Shown: positions 1 to 9,836 of the stretch, one piece after another
Numbering within the stretch: the first letter of the stretch is position 1
Layout: each line of letters begins with the position of its first letter
Sequence record: NC_041994.1
Reading direction: 5' to 3' (one strand)
Length of the DNA stretch: 64,000 nt
Position numbers and translations under genes: made by a program
Notes under the pieces: generated by a model
The model's input: only the letters and a program-made list of their open reading frames with translations
What the model was told of the DNA's origin: nothing
Database searches by the model: none

Positions 1-1
1 G

Positions 2-3000
2 AAGTCCTTTGACGATCTACGAGACGGGGTTTATTCCGCTGACGGTAACATGCTGGTTGATCCAGAAGACATCGCCAAGCTGGTAAACCGTGATGGCTCT
101 AAGCACACCGCTGCTAAGCGTCGTGGCTTCCTGCGCAAACTCGGCAAGAAGATTCTCGGTGCTCCGATGACAGGTGCGAAAGCCCTCGGTCGGATGTGGT
201 GGAAAGGGACCAAGGCCTACTACAAAGGCATGGGCAACATGATTGCCAAGAAGTTTGGCAAGGGTGTTGACAAAGCCGACAAATACAACGAAGGATGGCT
301 CACCCCAACCGACGGTATCCTCGGTCAAATCCTCGGTGTGCTGGACAAGCGACTGCCGAAGGAAGAGGCTAAGGATGGTAGCTGGCAGAAGAAGCTTGAA
401 GAAGCGGAAGCCGCAGCGAAAGCCAAGAAGGAAGGGAAGGGTCAGGCGAAGAAAGACAAACAGATGGCCGGTGGTGGTTTGCTGGCGGGTCTGAAGAACC
501 TCTTCGGTAAAGGCAAGAAGGATGAGGAGGAAGAGGACTCTGGTACCAGCATCAATATCGACGGTGGTGGTGGCGGTGAAGAGGATGGTAAGAAGAAGCG
601 CAAAGGTAAGAAGAAACCACCGGGTAAAATGCGTCGTGGGTGGAATAAGCTTGCCAATACCCGAGTAGGTAAAGGCGTCGGTCGCTTCGGCGGCAATGCC
701 TTGATGCGTGGCGGTGGCACAGCTATGCGTGGCTTGGGTACCGCAGCCCGTTTGGGCGCTGGTGCGTTGATGGGTGGTGTAGAGCTCGGTGCGCTGGGTG
801 GTCTGGCCAGTGGTGCTGCTACCATGGCGGGTACAGGCCTGTCGATGGCAGGTGGTGCACTGGCTACGGCAGGTACTGCGTTGCTCGGTGCGTTGGCGTC
901 TCCTGTCGTACTGGGTGCGTTGGCCGTCGGTGCTGTGGCTGCTGGTGGTTATTGGCTGTGGAACCGTTCCAAGAAAGCGGGTGGTGAATTCCGCGATCTT
1001 CGGATGCTGCAATACGGTATTGACTCCACAGGTGATAAGCTCAAGATCCTGGAACTCGAAGCTTACCTCGAACCTTACACGACCAAGTCGAACGATCCTC
1101 AACTCAATATCAAATCTACCGATCCGAAGAAGATCTTCGAGATCCTGGACATCGATCCAAGCGAACCTGAAGAAGTAATTCGGATGGCGACCTGGATTGA
1201 CAAGCGCTTTAAGCCAGTGTACTGCACCTGGATGCGCGCAATGTTCAACCTCACGCCACATGGTACGCTTATCAACGAACTCGAAGATAAGCTGCCGGAC
1301 GAAGCCAAGTACGACTTCTTCACTTACGTGAAAGCCGTACCGACGCAAGTCTACGCTGAGATGGTCAACCCGCTTGATGAGGACCCACTGGAAGTCGATC
1401 CAGCCGACATCAACGAGATGGTCACTGAGCTCATCGACAAATACCGCGACAAAGCGAAGAAGAAGGACGAAGGCAAAACCGGCGATACCAAAACCGAAGG
1501 TGGTGTACAACCTAAAACCGCAGGTGGGGAAGATACCAAGGCGGTGAAGGAAGGCGAAGCCAAAGGGGAGATCAAAGGAGGTCTTTGGTCTGGGATCAAG
1601 GATGGACTGAAAAGTGTCATCCCGGGTCTGGGTATTGCGTCTGCTGTAGGTGGGTTGATCTCGAAAGCCAAGGAAGGTTGGCTGGGTGATCTCATGGGCA
1701 GTCTGTCCGGTGGTGCCAGCGTGCTGGCTTCTGCTGGATTGCTCGGTGGTCTGGTACTGACCAGTGCGGTGGCGATTGCCTCCGTATTTAAAGCCGACAA
1801 GCTGACCACACTGCAAGCAGTTCGTGTTCGCGCATACGGCAAGATGTCTCTGGACGAGAAAACCATCTCGGGCCTGTTTGAGTCTGAAGCCAAACTCTAC
1901 GAATGGATCAAGTTCACCTCGGATGGCCAAGCCTACTTCGACGGTAACTTGGACCTGCTCATCAACTCGATGGGTAAGATCTTCGGTGTTGACGTCACCG
2001 ATGCCAACTCTCGTAAAGCACAAGAATTCACTCGCTGGATTCTGCAACGTTTCGTTCCTGTCGCCCTGTCTTACTTTGCTGCCATCAAACAGCAGGGACA
2101 GTCAGTTACCCCTAACCGGGTAGAGTCGGCGTTTGCGGATGATGCGAAGCTCGCTGTGGCTAACGCAGTGATGACCGCTACCTACGAGCTGAATGGCGAG
2201 AAGATCAGTGTCTGGAAGGCGTTCACCTTCTTCAACAACGGCACAGCAGACTTGGGTGCTCTGAAGGCTTCGGCTGAGAAAGAGATCGCCACCCTTAAAG
2301 AGGCTGCTGAGAAAGCCAAGCTGGCTTCACCGGGTACTTCTGTTAAAGAGCAGGAGAACCAAGAGAAGTCTCAGCAAAAGACAACTGCTGAAAAGATCAT
2401 GGAAGGGGCCAAAGGTCTCGGCGGATCTATCAAGGACTCGATCTCTAGCTTCGCATCGGGGGTCGCTGACTCCGTTGGTGGTGCGGTTAGTAAGGTCAAG
2501 GACTTCTTCGGCATGGGTGGCGACGATAAGGCTAACGCCCCGGCGCCTGCCAACTCGGCATACAGCACCGCCTATACCCCAGGCGGCGCACTTGAACAGA
2601 AGGGTAGTTCGTACTCGACGTTCGCAGAAGGTAATGGTGGACAGTGGACATCGATCCCACTGCCGAAGTCTAAAACGCGGGAAGGTGCAATGCCTACCCT
2701 GCTTGCTGTGCAGGCAATGACCGGTGTTGATGCAGAGATCCTGGCGACGTTCGCGTCCATGGAATCGAACTTCGACTACTCGGTTAAAGCGAAGACGTCT
2801 TCGGCTACGGGTTGGTTCCAGTTCATCAACTCCACTTGGGATGGCATGATTTCCAAGTACGGTTCTAAGTACGGTATCCCACCGGACAACAAAGACCGTT
2901 ACCTGCGTACGGACCCTCGGATCAACGCCTTGATGGGGGCGGAGTTCATTAAGGGTAACTACAAGATCCTGGCTGCATCGTTGGGTCGTGCACCGACCGA

Positions 3001-3847
3001 CACGGATCTGTACTTCGCTCACTTCTTAGGCCCAGTCACGGCAGCGGGTTTCCTTAAACGCGACCGTAACGCGATTGCAGCCAGTCTGTACCCAACTCAG
3101 GCTGCTGCTAACCGCTCGATCTTCTACAAGCCTACCGGTCAGCCTCGTACGATCGGTGAAGTCTACGAGATCTTCGATGGCAAGGTTCGTAAACACCGTA
3201 AGGGTGGTGCAGGTAATGCGGTTGGTATCACACCTATCGACGGTGGCGCTGGTCAAGCTGCGGCGGATCAGAAAGCACAATCGGCGGGTATGACCGCAGA
3301 CATGAAACCTGTGGATCAAGGCGTCAACGGTGAGGTTGGGAAACATCAACCTCAGGGTAACCCGAATGATTCCTTGTCCATGGCTGCCGACAAGGCAGCA
3401 GCCCCAATGCGAGTGGGTGATCCAACACAAGGTGGTGGTACTGGCGCGCAAGGCGCTGGTGCGGCGGGAGGAGCAGGCGCAGCTACTACAGCAAGCGATG
3501 GCAGTTCTCCAACCGTTACGTCGGGCCAGCAATCGCCGGATCGACAAGCAGCACTGCAAGATGCGATGGTCAAAGCACAGGCGCAAGACCGTGCAGCCAC
3601 CGAACAGAACCAACAGCGTCAGCAACTGGCGCAGTCGAATCAACAGGTTCTCACTGATCAACTTACCACTCAGCAAGAGATGCGCGATCTCTTGAAGACA
3701 CTGGTCAAGAACATGGGTTCGCCCGTGGCTCCAGCACCAGCGGCTCCGGCGGCTCCAGCTTCGTCGGGTAATGATATGGGTAAAAATACAGCGCAGGCTG
3801 AACGGCGCGCGGGCAATGCCCCAACGCCAGTTTCATTCAAGCGATAG
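2..3847 (+). CDS. Large tail-associated lytic transglycosylase / tape-measure-like virion protein (phiKZ gp181-like), 5'-truncated by the window edge
   Basis: The frame is open from base 2 (KSFDDLRDGVYSADGN-MLVD...), so the true start is upstream. A C-terminal SLT domain at about 2700-3200 has the catalytic Glu in FASMESNF, followed by SSATGWFQF, DPRINALMGAE and LYFAHFLG. Long Gly/Ala- and Lys-rich tracts and hydrophobic segments are present. Confidence 0.85.
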   Translation, partial: KSFDDLRDGVYSADGNMLVDPEDIAKLVNRDGSKHTAAKRRGFLRKLGKKILGAPMTGAKALGRMWWKGTKAYYKGMGNMIAKKFGKGVDKADKYNEGWLTPTDGILGQILGVLDKRLPKEEAKDGSWQKKLEEAEAAAKAKKEGKGQAKKDKQMAGGGLLAGLKNLFGKGKKDEEEEDSGTSINIDGGGGGEEDGKKKRKGKKKPPGKMRRGWNKLANTRVGKGVGRFGGNALMRGGGTAMRGLGTAARLGAGALMGGVELGALGGLASGAATMAGTGLSMAGGALATAGTALLGALASPVVLGALAVGAVAAGGYWLWNRSKKAGGEFRDLRMLQYGIDSTGDKLKILELEAYLEPYTTKSNDPQLNIKSTDPKKIFEILDIDPSEPEEVIRMATWIDKRFKPVYCTWMRAMFNLTPHGTLINELEDKLPDEAKYDFFTYVKAVPTQVYAEMVNPLDEDPLEVDPADINEMVTELIDKYRDKAKKKDEGKTGDTKTEGGVQPKTAGGEDTKAVKEGEAKGEIKGGLWSGIKDGLKSVIPGLGIASAVGGLISKAKEGWLGDLMGSLSGGASVLASAGLLGGLVLTSAVAIASVFKADKLTTLQAVRVRAYGKMSLDEKTISGLFESEAKLYEWIKFTSDGQAYFDGNLDLLINSMGKIFGVDVTDANSRKAQEFTRWILQRFVPVALSYFAAIKQQGQSVTPNRVESAFADDAKLAVANAVMTATYELNGEKISVWKAFTFFNNGTADLGALKASAEKEIATLKEAAEKAKLASPGTSVKEQENQEKSQQKTTAEKIMEGAKGLGGSIKDSISSFASGVADSVGGAVSKVKDFFGMGGDDKANAPAPANSAYSTAYTPGGALEQKGSSYSTFAEGNGGQWTSIPLPKSKTREGAMPTLLAVQAMTGVDAEILATFASMESNFDYSVKAKTSSATGWFQFINSTWDGMISKYGSKYGIPPDNKDRYLRTDPRINALMGAEFIKGNYKILAASLGRAPTDTDLYFAHFLGPVTAAGFLKRDRNAIAASLYPTQAAANRSIFYKPTGQPRTIGEVYEIFDGKVRKHRKGGAGNAVGITPIDGGAGQAAADQKAQSAGMTADMKPVDQGVNGEVGKHQPQGNPNDSLSMAADKAAAPMRVGDPTQGGGTGAQGAGAAGGAGAATTASDGSSPTVTSGQQSPDRQAALQDAMVKAQAQDRAATEQNQQRQQLAQSNQQVLTDQLTTQQEMRDLLKTLVKNMGSPVAPAPAAPAAPASSGNDMGKNTAQAERRAGNAPTPVSFKR

Positions 3848-3852
3848 CATAA

Positions 3853-3884
3853 AGCCCTCCTCCAACCGGGGGAGGGTTCTTTTT
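3853..3884 (+). terminator. Intrinsic terminator
   Basis: AGCCCTCCTCC-aacc-GGGGGAGGGTT followed by CTTTTT, right after the stop codon. Confidence 0.75.
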
Positions 3885-3900
3885 CGTCCAGAGGTTTCCT

Positions 3901-5874
3901 ATGGCCGCAATCGATCGTGGTGGCATTTGGTTACGCCACGCATTCCTTGTCCCGACCGACAGCAGCGCCAAGTCGTACGGTAGTGGTACCAAACGTCGCA
4001 ACGCCACGTCGGCTGCTTTTAAATTCACGAACACTTCACTGGGTGGCAACTACGCCATCAACAACCCACCGCAATTCACCCGGTTCTGTGACATCCGTCA
4101 CCCCGGTCGTGGACGTACACGGGAGCAATCCAAGTACGGCATGGGTCGTTACTACAGTGAGGCGATCGACGATACCCGTGACGAGATTCATATCACGGTA
4201 GGGGTTCCACGCTTCTCTAGCTGGACCAGTTTCTTCGCCAACTTCTATGACCGTCACGCTGCTTTGCTGGCGAACACCGGTCGTACTACCGATGCCTGGT
4301 TTGAACTGGGTAACATCGGCGGGCATTTGGTAACACTCCCGTTCCAACCGATCATCATCGGGGTGACGGGCGTCAACCGGGTAATGAACTTCCTCTCGAA
4401 GTCTCAACCTTCGAAGTGGTATTACTTCAAACCGACCATGCATGCGTACTGGTCGGCGGTTAACACCATCGCCAACGAATTCGCAATTGGACTGGGGATC
4501 ATTCCTCGTGTCTTGTCTGGTGGTCAGGAAGAGATGGCTGATCCGGGTAACACCGTGACAGCGGCTGACCGCGAACGTTTCCACAAGATGTTCCCTGACC
4601 TGTTCCGTAAGGACGGTTCGATCGACATCATGGCATTGAGTCTGCGCACACAGCGTATGTCCAACGCCTCGCAAGACAACTTCCGCAAGTTGAATGCTGC
4701 CGCAACCAGTGTGGAGCAATTACGAGCAGAAGTAGAGAAGTACGCTCAAACAACGCCTACCGACCCGAACCCTGGGGTGGATGCGAGATCGTACTTCTTG
4801 GACTACATCAAGAACGAGAAGCCGCAGGGTGATTTAACGGCTAACGAATCCTTCTCCAGCTGGAGTGAGCTTTCCAACGTCTACAGCTTTATCCGAGCTG
4901 CACAGTACGACGGTAGCCAGTTCATCACACTGCGGGTGAACCATCAGGGTACCGTATCGGAATCCTTCAGCAACCAGACTGAACAAGTCGGGGTAGCCTC
5001 TCAACTGAACACCAAGGTTAAGGAAGGTCGTTCGGCCAGCTTTGACTTCATGGGTGGTAACATCACAGACGTGGTGGGTTCGGTGTTCCAAGGCATCAAG
5101 TCGGTAGCGGCTGGTGTACTGAACTCGGTGAACGCATCCGGTGTGGCAGTATTGACCGGTGCTGCGTTTGTTGACGTGCCTGAGATGTGGTCGGGTTCTT
5201 CGGCTAACCTCCCTACAGCTGAATACACGGTTCCGTTGCCTTGTGCGTACGGTAACGTGATGTCCCGCTTTATCAACATGTACGTACCGCTGGCGATGAT
5301 TATCCCTCTGGGATTGCCACTGTCGGCAGGTCGTTCGGCTTACACCTCTCCCTTCATCTGTCAGGTCTTCCAAAAAGGCCGTGTACAGAAGCAGCTTGCC
5401 ATCGTCGATACGATCACCATTACCCGCGGTACTGGTAATGTGGGTTTCAACGCCGAGAAGCACATGCTGGGTTGTGAAGTCTCGATTAGCTTCAAAGACC
5501 TTTCCAGTGTTATGCACATCCCGATCAAGGGTGGCTTTGCCGACGGTTCGTGGCTGGACACTGCGGTTAAAGGTACGGCTGTGTTAGTAGGTGAGACCGT
5601 TGGTGGCGACACCGGCGAGATGGTTGCACACATGGCCACTAACGGCGCAGTGTGGGACGAACAGAGCCTGTTTCAAGATTATGTTTCAACGTTGACATCG
5701 CAGTCATTTGCTGACACGTATTACGTGGGCAACCGGTTGAATCTGAATGTGACGCGTGCTATGCAGAGTTTCACCAACTGGCGTAGTCCGTCCAACTTCC
5801 TGTCGTGGGCACTCGACGGGGATATCGCGCGGTCGCTTTCCGCATTTGCACAAACCACTGACCGATTCCAATAA
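3901..5874 (+). CDS. Probable virion (tail/baseplate) structural protein, phiKZ gp182-like by synteny
   Basis: 657-aa ORF with phage-like codon usage directly after the gp181-like gene. Beta-rich C-terminal part ([11 protein letters not shown]...EVSISFKDL). The product call rests on recalled synteny. Confidence 0.55.
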   Translation: MAAIDRGGIWLRHAFLVPTDSSAKSYGSGTKRRNATSAAFKFTNTSLGGNYAINNPPQFTRFCDIRHPGRGRTREQSKYGMGRYYSEAIDDTRDEIHITVGVPRFSSWTSFFANFYDRHAALLANTGRTTDAWFELGNIGGHLVTLPFQPIIIGVTGVNRVMNFLSKSQPSKWYYFKPTMHAYWSAVNTIANEFAIGLGIIPRVLSGGQEEMADPGNTVTAADRERFHKMFPDLFRKDGSIDIMALSLRTQRMSNASQDNFRKLNAAATSVEQLRAEVEKYAQTTPTDPNPGVDARSYFLDYIKNEKPQGDLTANESFSSWSELSNVYSFIRAAQYDGSQFITLRVNHQGTVSESFSNQTEQVGVASQLNTKVKEGRSASFDFMGGNITDVVGSVFQGIKSVAAGVLNSVNASGVAVLTGAAFVDVPEMWSGSSANLPTAEYTVPLPCAYGNVMSRFINMYVPLAMIIPLGLPLSAGRSAYTSPFICQVFQKGRVQKQLAIVDTITITRGTGNVGFNAEKHMLGCEVSISFKDLSSVMHIPIKGGFADGSWLDTAVKGTAVLVGETVGGDTGEMVAHMATNGAVWDEQSLFQDYVSTLTSQSFADTYYVGNRLNLNVTRAMQSFTNWRSPSNFLSWALDGDIARSLSAFAQTTDRFQ

Positions 5875-5880
5875 CGGAGC

Positions 5881-6135
5881 ATGAAAATGAAACAAGCAGT
5901 CCTGAAGTTCCTCTTGCGACAGACCTTGAGTCTGGTTCTCGCTAACCGCCGTACCGCCACCTTGGCAGTCGGCCGTGCCGAAGCCAGCTATCAGGGTGGT
6001 GACAAGCCATTCGTACGCCGTGGCAATGTGTATCGCTTTATCAAAGAGAACGCACCTGCCGGCACCCCGAAGTATTTGCTGGACGTTGGCACCGAAGCTG
6101 CTCAAGCTTTGGACGAGCTGTCGCGCAGCAAATAA
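5881..6135 (+). CDS. Hypothetical protein (84 aa)
   Basis: GGAG Shine-Dalgarno (SD) just upstream; tightly follows the previous gene. Confidence 0.6.
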   Translation: MKMKQAVLKFLLRQTLSLVLANRRTATLAVGRAEASYQGGDKPFVRRGNVYRFIKENAPAGTPKYLLDVGTEAAQALDELSRSK

Positions 6136-6146
6136 ACACCCACGCG

Positions 6147-6189
6147 GCGAAGGGTATAGGGGCAACCCTGTACTCTTCGCTCTTATGCC
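6147..6189 (+). terminator. Hairpin-TATGCC gene-boundary element
   Basis: GCGAAGGGTATAGGG-gcaa-CCCTGTACTCTTCGC then TCTTATGCC. Confidence 0.6.
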
Positions 6190-6205
6190 TTAAAAGGAAT
6201 GTGAG

Positions 6206-6610
6206 ATGACTGAAGCAATGAAGTGGCTCGAACAGAATGGGCCTGAAACCGTGAAGCCTACCAAGCTGACGTGGGAACGTGGTCCGATCGATCCGGAGTC
6301 GGGTGTGTCGGCTATGTACATGGTCGAGGGGATGGATTACACCAACAATCCTTCGGCACAAGCCGGTATGCCCAACGAGTTATTGATCCTGTTCCAATCG
6401 GGTATCGTCCCGGAGAACGGCATCAATGGCGTAACGCCTGAGATCCTGCTGGAAATCCTGATTGACCGCTTTGAAGGTTATCAGTCCGGTAACTTTGCGT
6501 GTGAAGAAAATGACGCAGCGCTTACTGGTATGCGTGATGCACTGGCAGCGATCCAACGCCGCCGAGCAGAACGCGCAGAGCGTGGTGTGCTGAACACCAT
6601 GCAGAAGTGA
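6206..6610 (+). CDS. tad1: Tad1-family anti-defence sponge protein (Thoeris anti-defence 1-like)
   Basis: The C-terminal half (LFQSG...NGVTPEILLEILIDRFEGYQSGNFACEENDAAL...RRRAERAERGVLNTMQK) aligns by eye with the recalled Tad1 pattern FQxG...GV..DLLEI..DRL..FQ.G.F..REN..AL...EAL.W..RR..DR..R.V.GT. Confidence 0.75.
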   Translation: MTEAMKWLEQNGPETVKPTKLTWERGPIDPESGVSAMYMVEGMDYTNNPSAQAGMPNELLILFQSGIVPENGINGVTPEILLEILIDRFEGYQSGNFACEENDAALTGMRDALAAIQRRRAERAERGVLNTMQK

Positions 6611-6641
6611 TTGTGCCCTGCGATTCAAAAGAATCTTAGGA

Positions 6642-6650
6642 CTATATCAC
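6642..6650 (+). promoter_or_regulatory. CTATATCAC putative phage (early) promoter motif
   Basis: The same 9-mer recurs in intergenic DNA at 9064, 25726, 32185 and 55623. Confidence 0.55.
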
Positions 6651-7075
6651 GGACATGGTAATCAGCGGATTATCTAGCGGTAGGCTGTTTGAGGAAAAAC
6701 TAAACTTTATCCCGCACAGACGAAGCCCGGCGATCGATTCCAGAATCAAGGCCTAGAACCCGATCTCCTTCGAATAGCTTCCCGTTAGATAATTCGTTGG
6801 TGCTTTCCCAGAGGTGTGCAATGCTTGAAGAACTAACGGCGTCCAATGGCCGACGCTTCACATGGCTTGATCGAATCGCGCCAAGCAGGTCCTTAGAGGC
6901 GCTGCAATTTGCGATGGATCTGTCACCGTGGGCCTGGGGTGGTGAAAACACCATCCGTGATTCGTGGTATCTCAACCGTTGCATGCACAGCTGGTTCAAC
7001 GACGAACACGTTCCAGACATCAGCGAAGTGCTGATGGCTAAACCTATTCTACCAAACGACCTTGGAGTCGAACCT

Positions 7076-7507
7076 ATGTCCACCACAGAAAAGAATCCAA
7101 TCGCCAAGTCGATCGCTTACGCTGAGAAGCACGATCTCTTCGGCAAAATTACTCTGGCTGATAACGGCACCATCACCAGCAGCGACGATCTGGTCGAAAC
7201 CACCGCGGCGCTCGACGCCGGTCTGACCATGGACCAGGTGAAGAAGTTCCAGAAGTCCCTGGGCGAATTGATTCCGGCTGCGACCTACGTTGCTGGCCTG
7301 CGTGCTGAAGAAGGCTTCAAGGCAAACCCCGAGCTGACCGAAACCGGTTTCAGCTTCAACGTGGGTAGCCACCAGAAAGTCGCCGGCCTGTTCCACCGTG
7401 ACAACAAGGACCACACGGTCGTGGTAGTGGAAACCACTCACCGCTCCGCTGAGTTCCAGCGCGTTGTTACCCACATCAATGGCCTGTTCGACGACATCAA
7501 CAACTGA
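7076..7507 (+). CDS. Hypothetical protein ending in the FDDINN motif
   Basis: GGAG SD at 7064-7067 before ATG 7076, and strong codon bias from there. An alternative start at 6821 (GAGG SD) is possible. Confidence 0.75.
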   Translation: MSTTEKNPIAKSIAYAEKHDLFGKITLADNGTITSSDDLVETTAALDAGLTMDQVKKFQKSLGELIPAATYVAGLRAEEGFKANPELTETGFSFNVGSHQKVAGLFHRDNKDHTVVVVETTHRSAEFQRVVTHINGLFDDINN

Positions 7508-7524
7508 TCATCGACGGCCGCTGT

Positions 7525-7564
7525 GCATAGGGAAGCCTCCGGGCTTCCCTAGTTCTTATTTTTT
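7525..7564 (+). terminator. Intrinsic terminator
   Basis: GCATAGGGAAGCC-tccg-GGCTTCCCTA then TCTTATTTTTT. Confidence 0.7.
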
Positions 7565-7595
7565 ACAACAACCCCACTGCATAAAAGGGATACAC

Positions 7596-9044
7596 ATGTC
7601 TGAAGTTAAAATGGGTCACCTGGTAGTTCTCGAAGGTAACAACGGCGTAGGTAAAACTGCCCAGATGGAATTGCAAGCAGAGCGTCTGCGCGCTGCTGGC
7701 CGTGACGTCGTTATCGTTGCTGAACCGGGTGGTTCTGACCTGGGCGTGGCACTGCGCAAGATCCTGAAGGACCAGCGCGACATCAAACTGAACTACACCA
7801 CCGAACTGCTGCTGTTCGGCGCGCAGCGTGACGACATGTACCGCAAGGTCATCCGTCCTGCGCTGGATGCAGGCAAAGTGGTTCTGGCCGACCGTGGCTA
7901 CTTCTCCACCTACGCTTTCCAAGTGCACCCGCACGTGGAAGAGAACGGCATTGTGCTGCACGTGTTCAACGCCATGACCGGCATGAACATGCAACACCTG
8001 GGCAACGTTCCGCCGATCGTCATGAACATCGAAGTGCCAGAAGACGTTCGTCTGGCTCGTCTGGCTGCTGCCGGTGAACAGCGTGAAGAAGACGCGTTCG
8101 AAACCGATCGCTCTCCTGCGTACCTGGCCAAGGTTGCTGAAGGCTACAACATCCTGAAGCAACAACCGGGCGTGATGACCTTCGACGGTACCAAGGACAT
8201 CGACGAGCTGGCCGACCTGATCTTCGATCAAATCCAGGTCTGCATCAACCAGCGTGAGCAAGAAGCGCAGATCCTGGCTGAACAAACCGAAGAGCGTAAC
8301 CGTCTGCGTGCCGAAGCAGAAGAACGCGGTGAAGATCCAGACGCCGCTCAGCGCCTGGCTGCTGAAGAAGCTGCGAAGGCCAACGAGATCCAGGGCCTGA
8401 CGCTGGAAGAGATGGAAGATGAAATCAACAAGACCATCAACTTCCACGCTCAAGAACTGCTGGCTCGCATCGGTGGTGACTTCTCGCCGCACAAGGCTGA
8501 ATTCGATGCTCACGTTGTGACCCTGCGCAAGTGGGTTCGTTCGCACATCAACGAAGAGCGCGAGAAAGAAGTTCAGCTGACCGCTATGCAATCGCAACAG
8601 CGCGTTATGCAGATCTCCAGCAACATCGGCACCATGCTCGGCGGCTTCATGACTCTGATCAACATCGGCGAAATGGTCACCAAGCTGGAAGCAGACGGCC
8701 AAGTCCTGGACGTCGATCTGACCGCAGTCGAAGTACCGGTTGCTCCACCTGCTGACGAAGCGGGTGAGCAGGCTGAAGCCGCATTCGCTGAAGCAAGCGA
8801 TGCTGACGAAGCTCCAGCGTACGGCCGTGGCGAAACCCCAGTGCTGCAACACATCGACGAATCCGGCCATTACGCTGAAGGCCAAGCGCCGAAGGCAGAA
8901 GAAGCCGGTCTGGAAATGCGCGGCGGTGACACCGGCGGCGTACAGGTTGATGAAGCCAGCTTCAAGTCCGAAGTTGCTCCAGCGGCCGAAGCCAGCTACC
9001 CAGCCGAAGGTTCGCCTGCTGCGAGCGAAGCTAGCTCGCTGTAA
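7596..9044 (+). CDS. tmk: Thymidylate (dTMP) kinase with a long acidic C-terminal extension
   Basis: P-loop LEGNNGVGKT, AEPGGS, ELLLFGAQR, VLADRGYFSTYAFQ. AAGGGA SD before ATG 7596; the ORF-track start at 7464 runs through the terminator. Confidence 0.9.
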   Translation: MSEVKMGHLVVLEGNNGVGKTAQMELQAERLRAAGRDVVIVAEPGGSDLGVALRKILKDQRDIKLNYTTELLLFGAQRDDMYRKVIRPALDAGKVVLADRGYFSTYAFQVHPHVEENGIVLHVFNAMTGMNMQHLGNVPPIVMNIEVPEDVRLARLAAAGEQREEDAFETDRSPAYLAKVAEGYNILKQQPGVMTFDGTKDIDELADLIFDQIQVCINQREQEAQILAEQTEERNRLRAEAEERGEDPDAAQRLAAEEAAKANEIQGLTLEEMEDEINKTINFHAQELLARIGGDFSPHKAEFDAHVVTLRKWVRSHINEEREKEVQLTAMQSQQRVMQISSNIGTMLGGFMTLINIGEMVTKLEADGQVLDVDLTAVEVPVAPPADEAGEQAEAAFAEASDADEAPAYGRGETPVLQHIDESGHYAEGQAPKAEEAGLEMRGGDTGGVQVDEASFKSEVAPAAEASYPAEGSPAASEASSL

Positions 9045-9063
9045 AGTGAAAAAGAAGTAAGAT

Positions 9064-9133
9064 CTATATCACCATGCTGGTGGGTTGTACAACATTGGTG
9101 TCTCAATGTGTATAGCCACCCGTATGGTGATAT
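9064..9133 (+). promoter_or_regulatory. CTATATCAC motif embedded in a ~68-nt inverted repeat
   Basis: ATATCACCAT (9066-9075) pairs with ATGGTGATAT (9124-9133); inner GGTGG/CCACC and ACATTG/CAATGT pairs. Confidence 0.55.
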
Positions 9134-9155
9134 TATTAACTAGGAGCAAAGAAGA

Positions 9156-9737
9156 ATGAAATGGTTTTCGGCTGCACTGCTGTCGATGTTTATGTTCATG
9201 GCTGTGCCAGCGATGGCCTGCAACCTGCAAAACACCACGTTGCCTGACGACGTGAAAAAGGAGTTGGAGCTCAAATGTCTCCAGGCTCAGAAAGCAGCTG
9301 CGCAGAAGGCAGACGAAGTTGCCTCTACCAATCAGGTGGAGAAACTTTCCGCTTATGCCGGCATTGCCACTGAAGTTGCTAAGGCCGTTGGTCTGGCAGC
9401 CAAAGAGCTCGGTATTGCGGCTAACGAGTTCATCCTGACTCCAGCCGGTATCATCACCATGTTGTTCGTGGTGTTCAAAGTGTTCGGCAAACTACTGGCT
9501 ACTATTGTGGTAGCAGGTATCGTGAACATGATCGTCTGGCGTTTGATCCGCAAGATCTGGTACGTGGAAACCGACAAGACCATGGAAGTTAGCGGTTGGT
9601 TCGGTTGGGGCAAGAAAACCATTCCTGTACTGGAACGCACCACCTACAGCAAAGCTTCTGAAGGTCAAGTGTTCCTGACCATTGTGTTGGGCCTTATCGC
9701 GTTCGGTTCACTGGCTCTGATTCCGGTACTCAGCTAA
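9156..9737 (+). CDS. Membrane protein with N-terminal signal peptide
   Basis: Signal-like MKWFSAALLSMFMFMAVPAMA, then about three hydrophobic segments; AGGAG SD. Confidence 0.8.
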   Translation: MKWFSAALLSMFMFMAVPAMACNLQNTTLPDDVKKELELKCLQAQKAAAQKADEVASTNQVEKLSAYAGIATEVAKAVGLAAKELGIAANEFILTPAGIITMLFVVFKVFGKLLATIVVAGIVNMIVWRLIRKIWYVETDKTMEVSGWFGWGKKTIPVLERTTYSKASEGQVFLTIVLGLIAFGSLALIPVLS

Positions 9738-9836
9738 GTTATACTTGGCTGGTCTACCTATGTGGAAGTACCGCGCCTTGGTTCACTTACCTTTGGTTGG
9801 AAGCGAAAAAACGTACAAGGCGTAGTGAACACACCC

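Noticed and set aside
17-2047. Long antisense ORFs (17..2047, 7563..8885, 21086..21772, 21905..23005, 23314..25089, 35281..36846 and many shorter ones)
   Set aside because: They lie opposite genes with clear motifs and have no SD or protein-like motifs. Strong codon bias in the sense gene suppresses stop codons in the antisense frame.
7464-7595. ORF-track N-terminal extension of tmk
   Set aside because: It overlaps the upstream gene and runs through a terminator; ATG 7596 has a proper SD.
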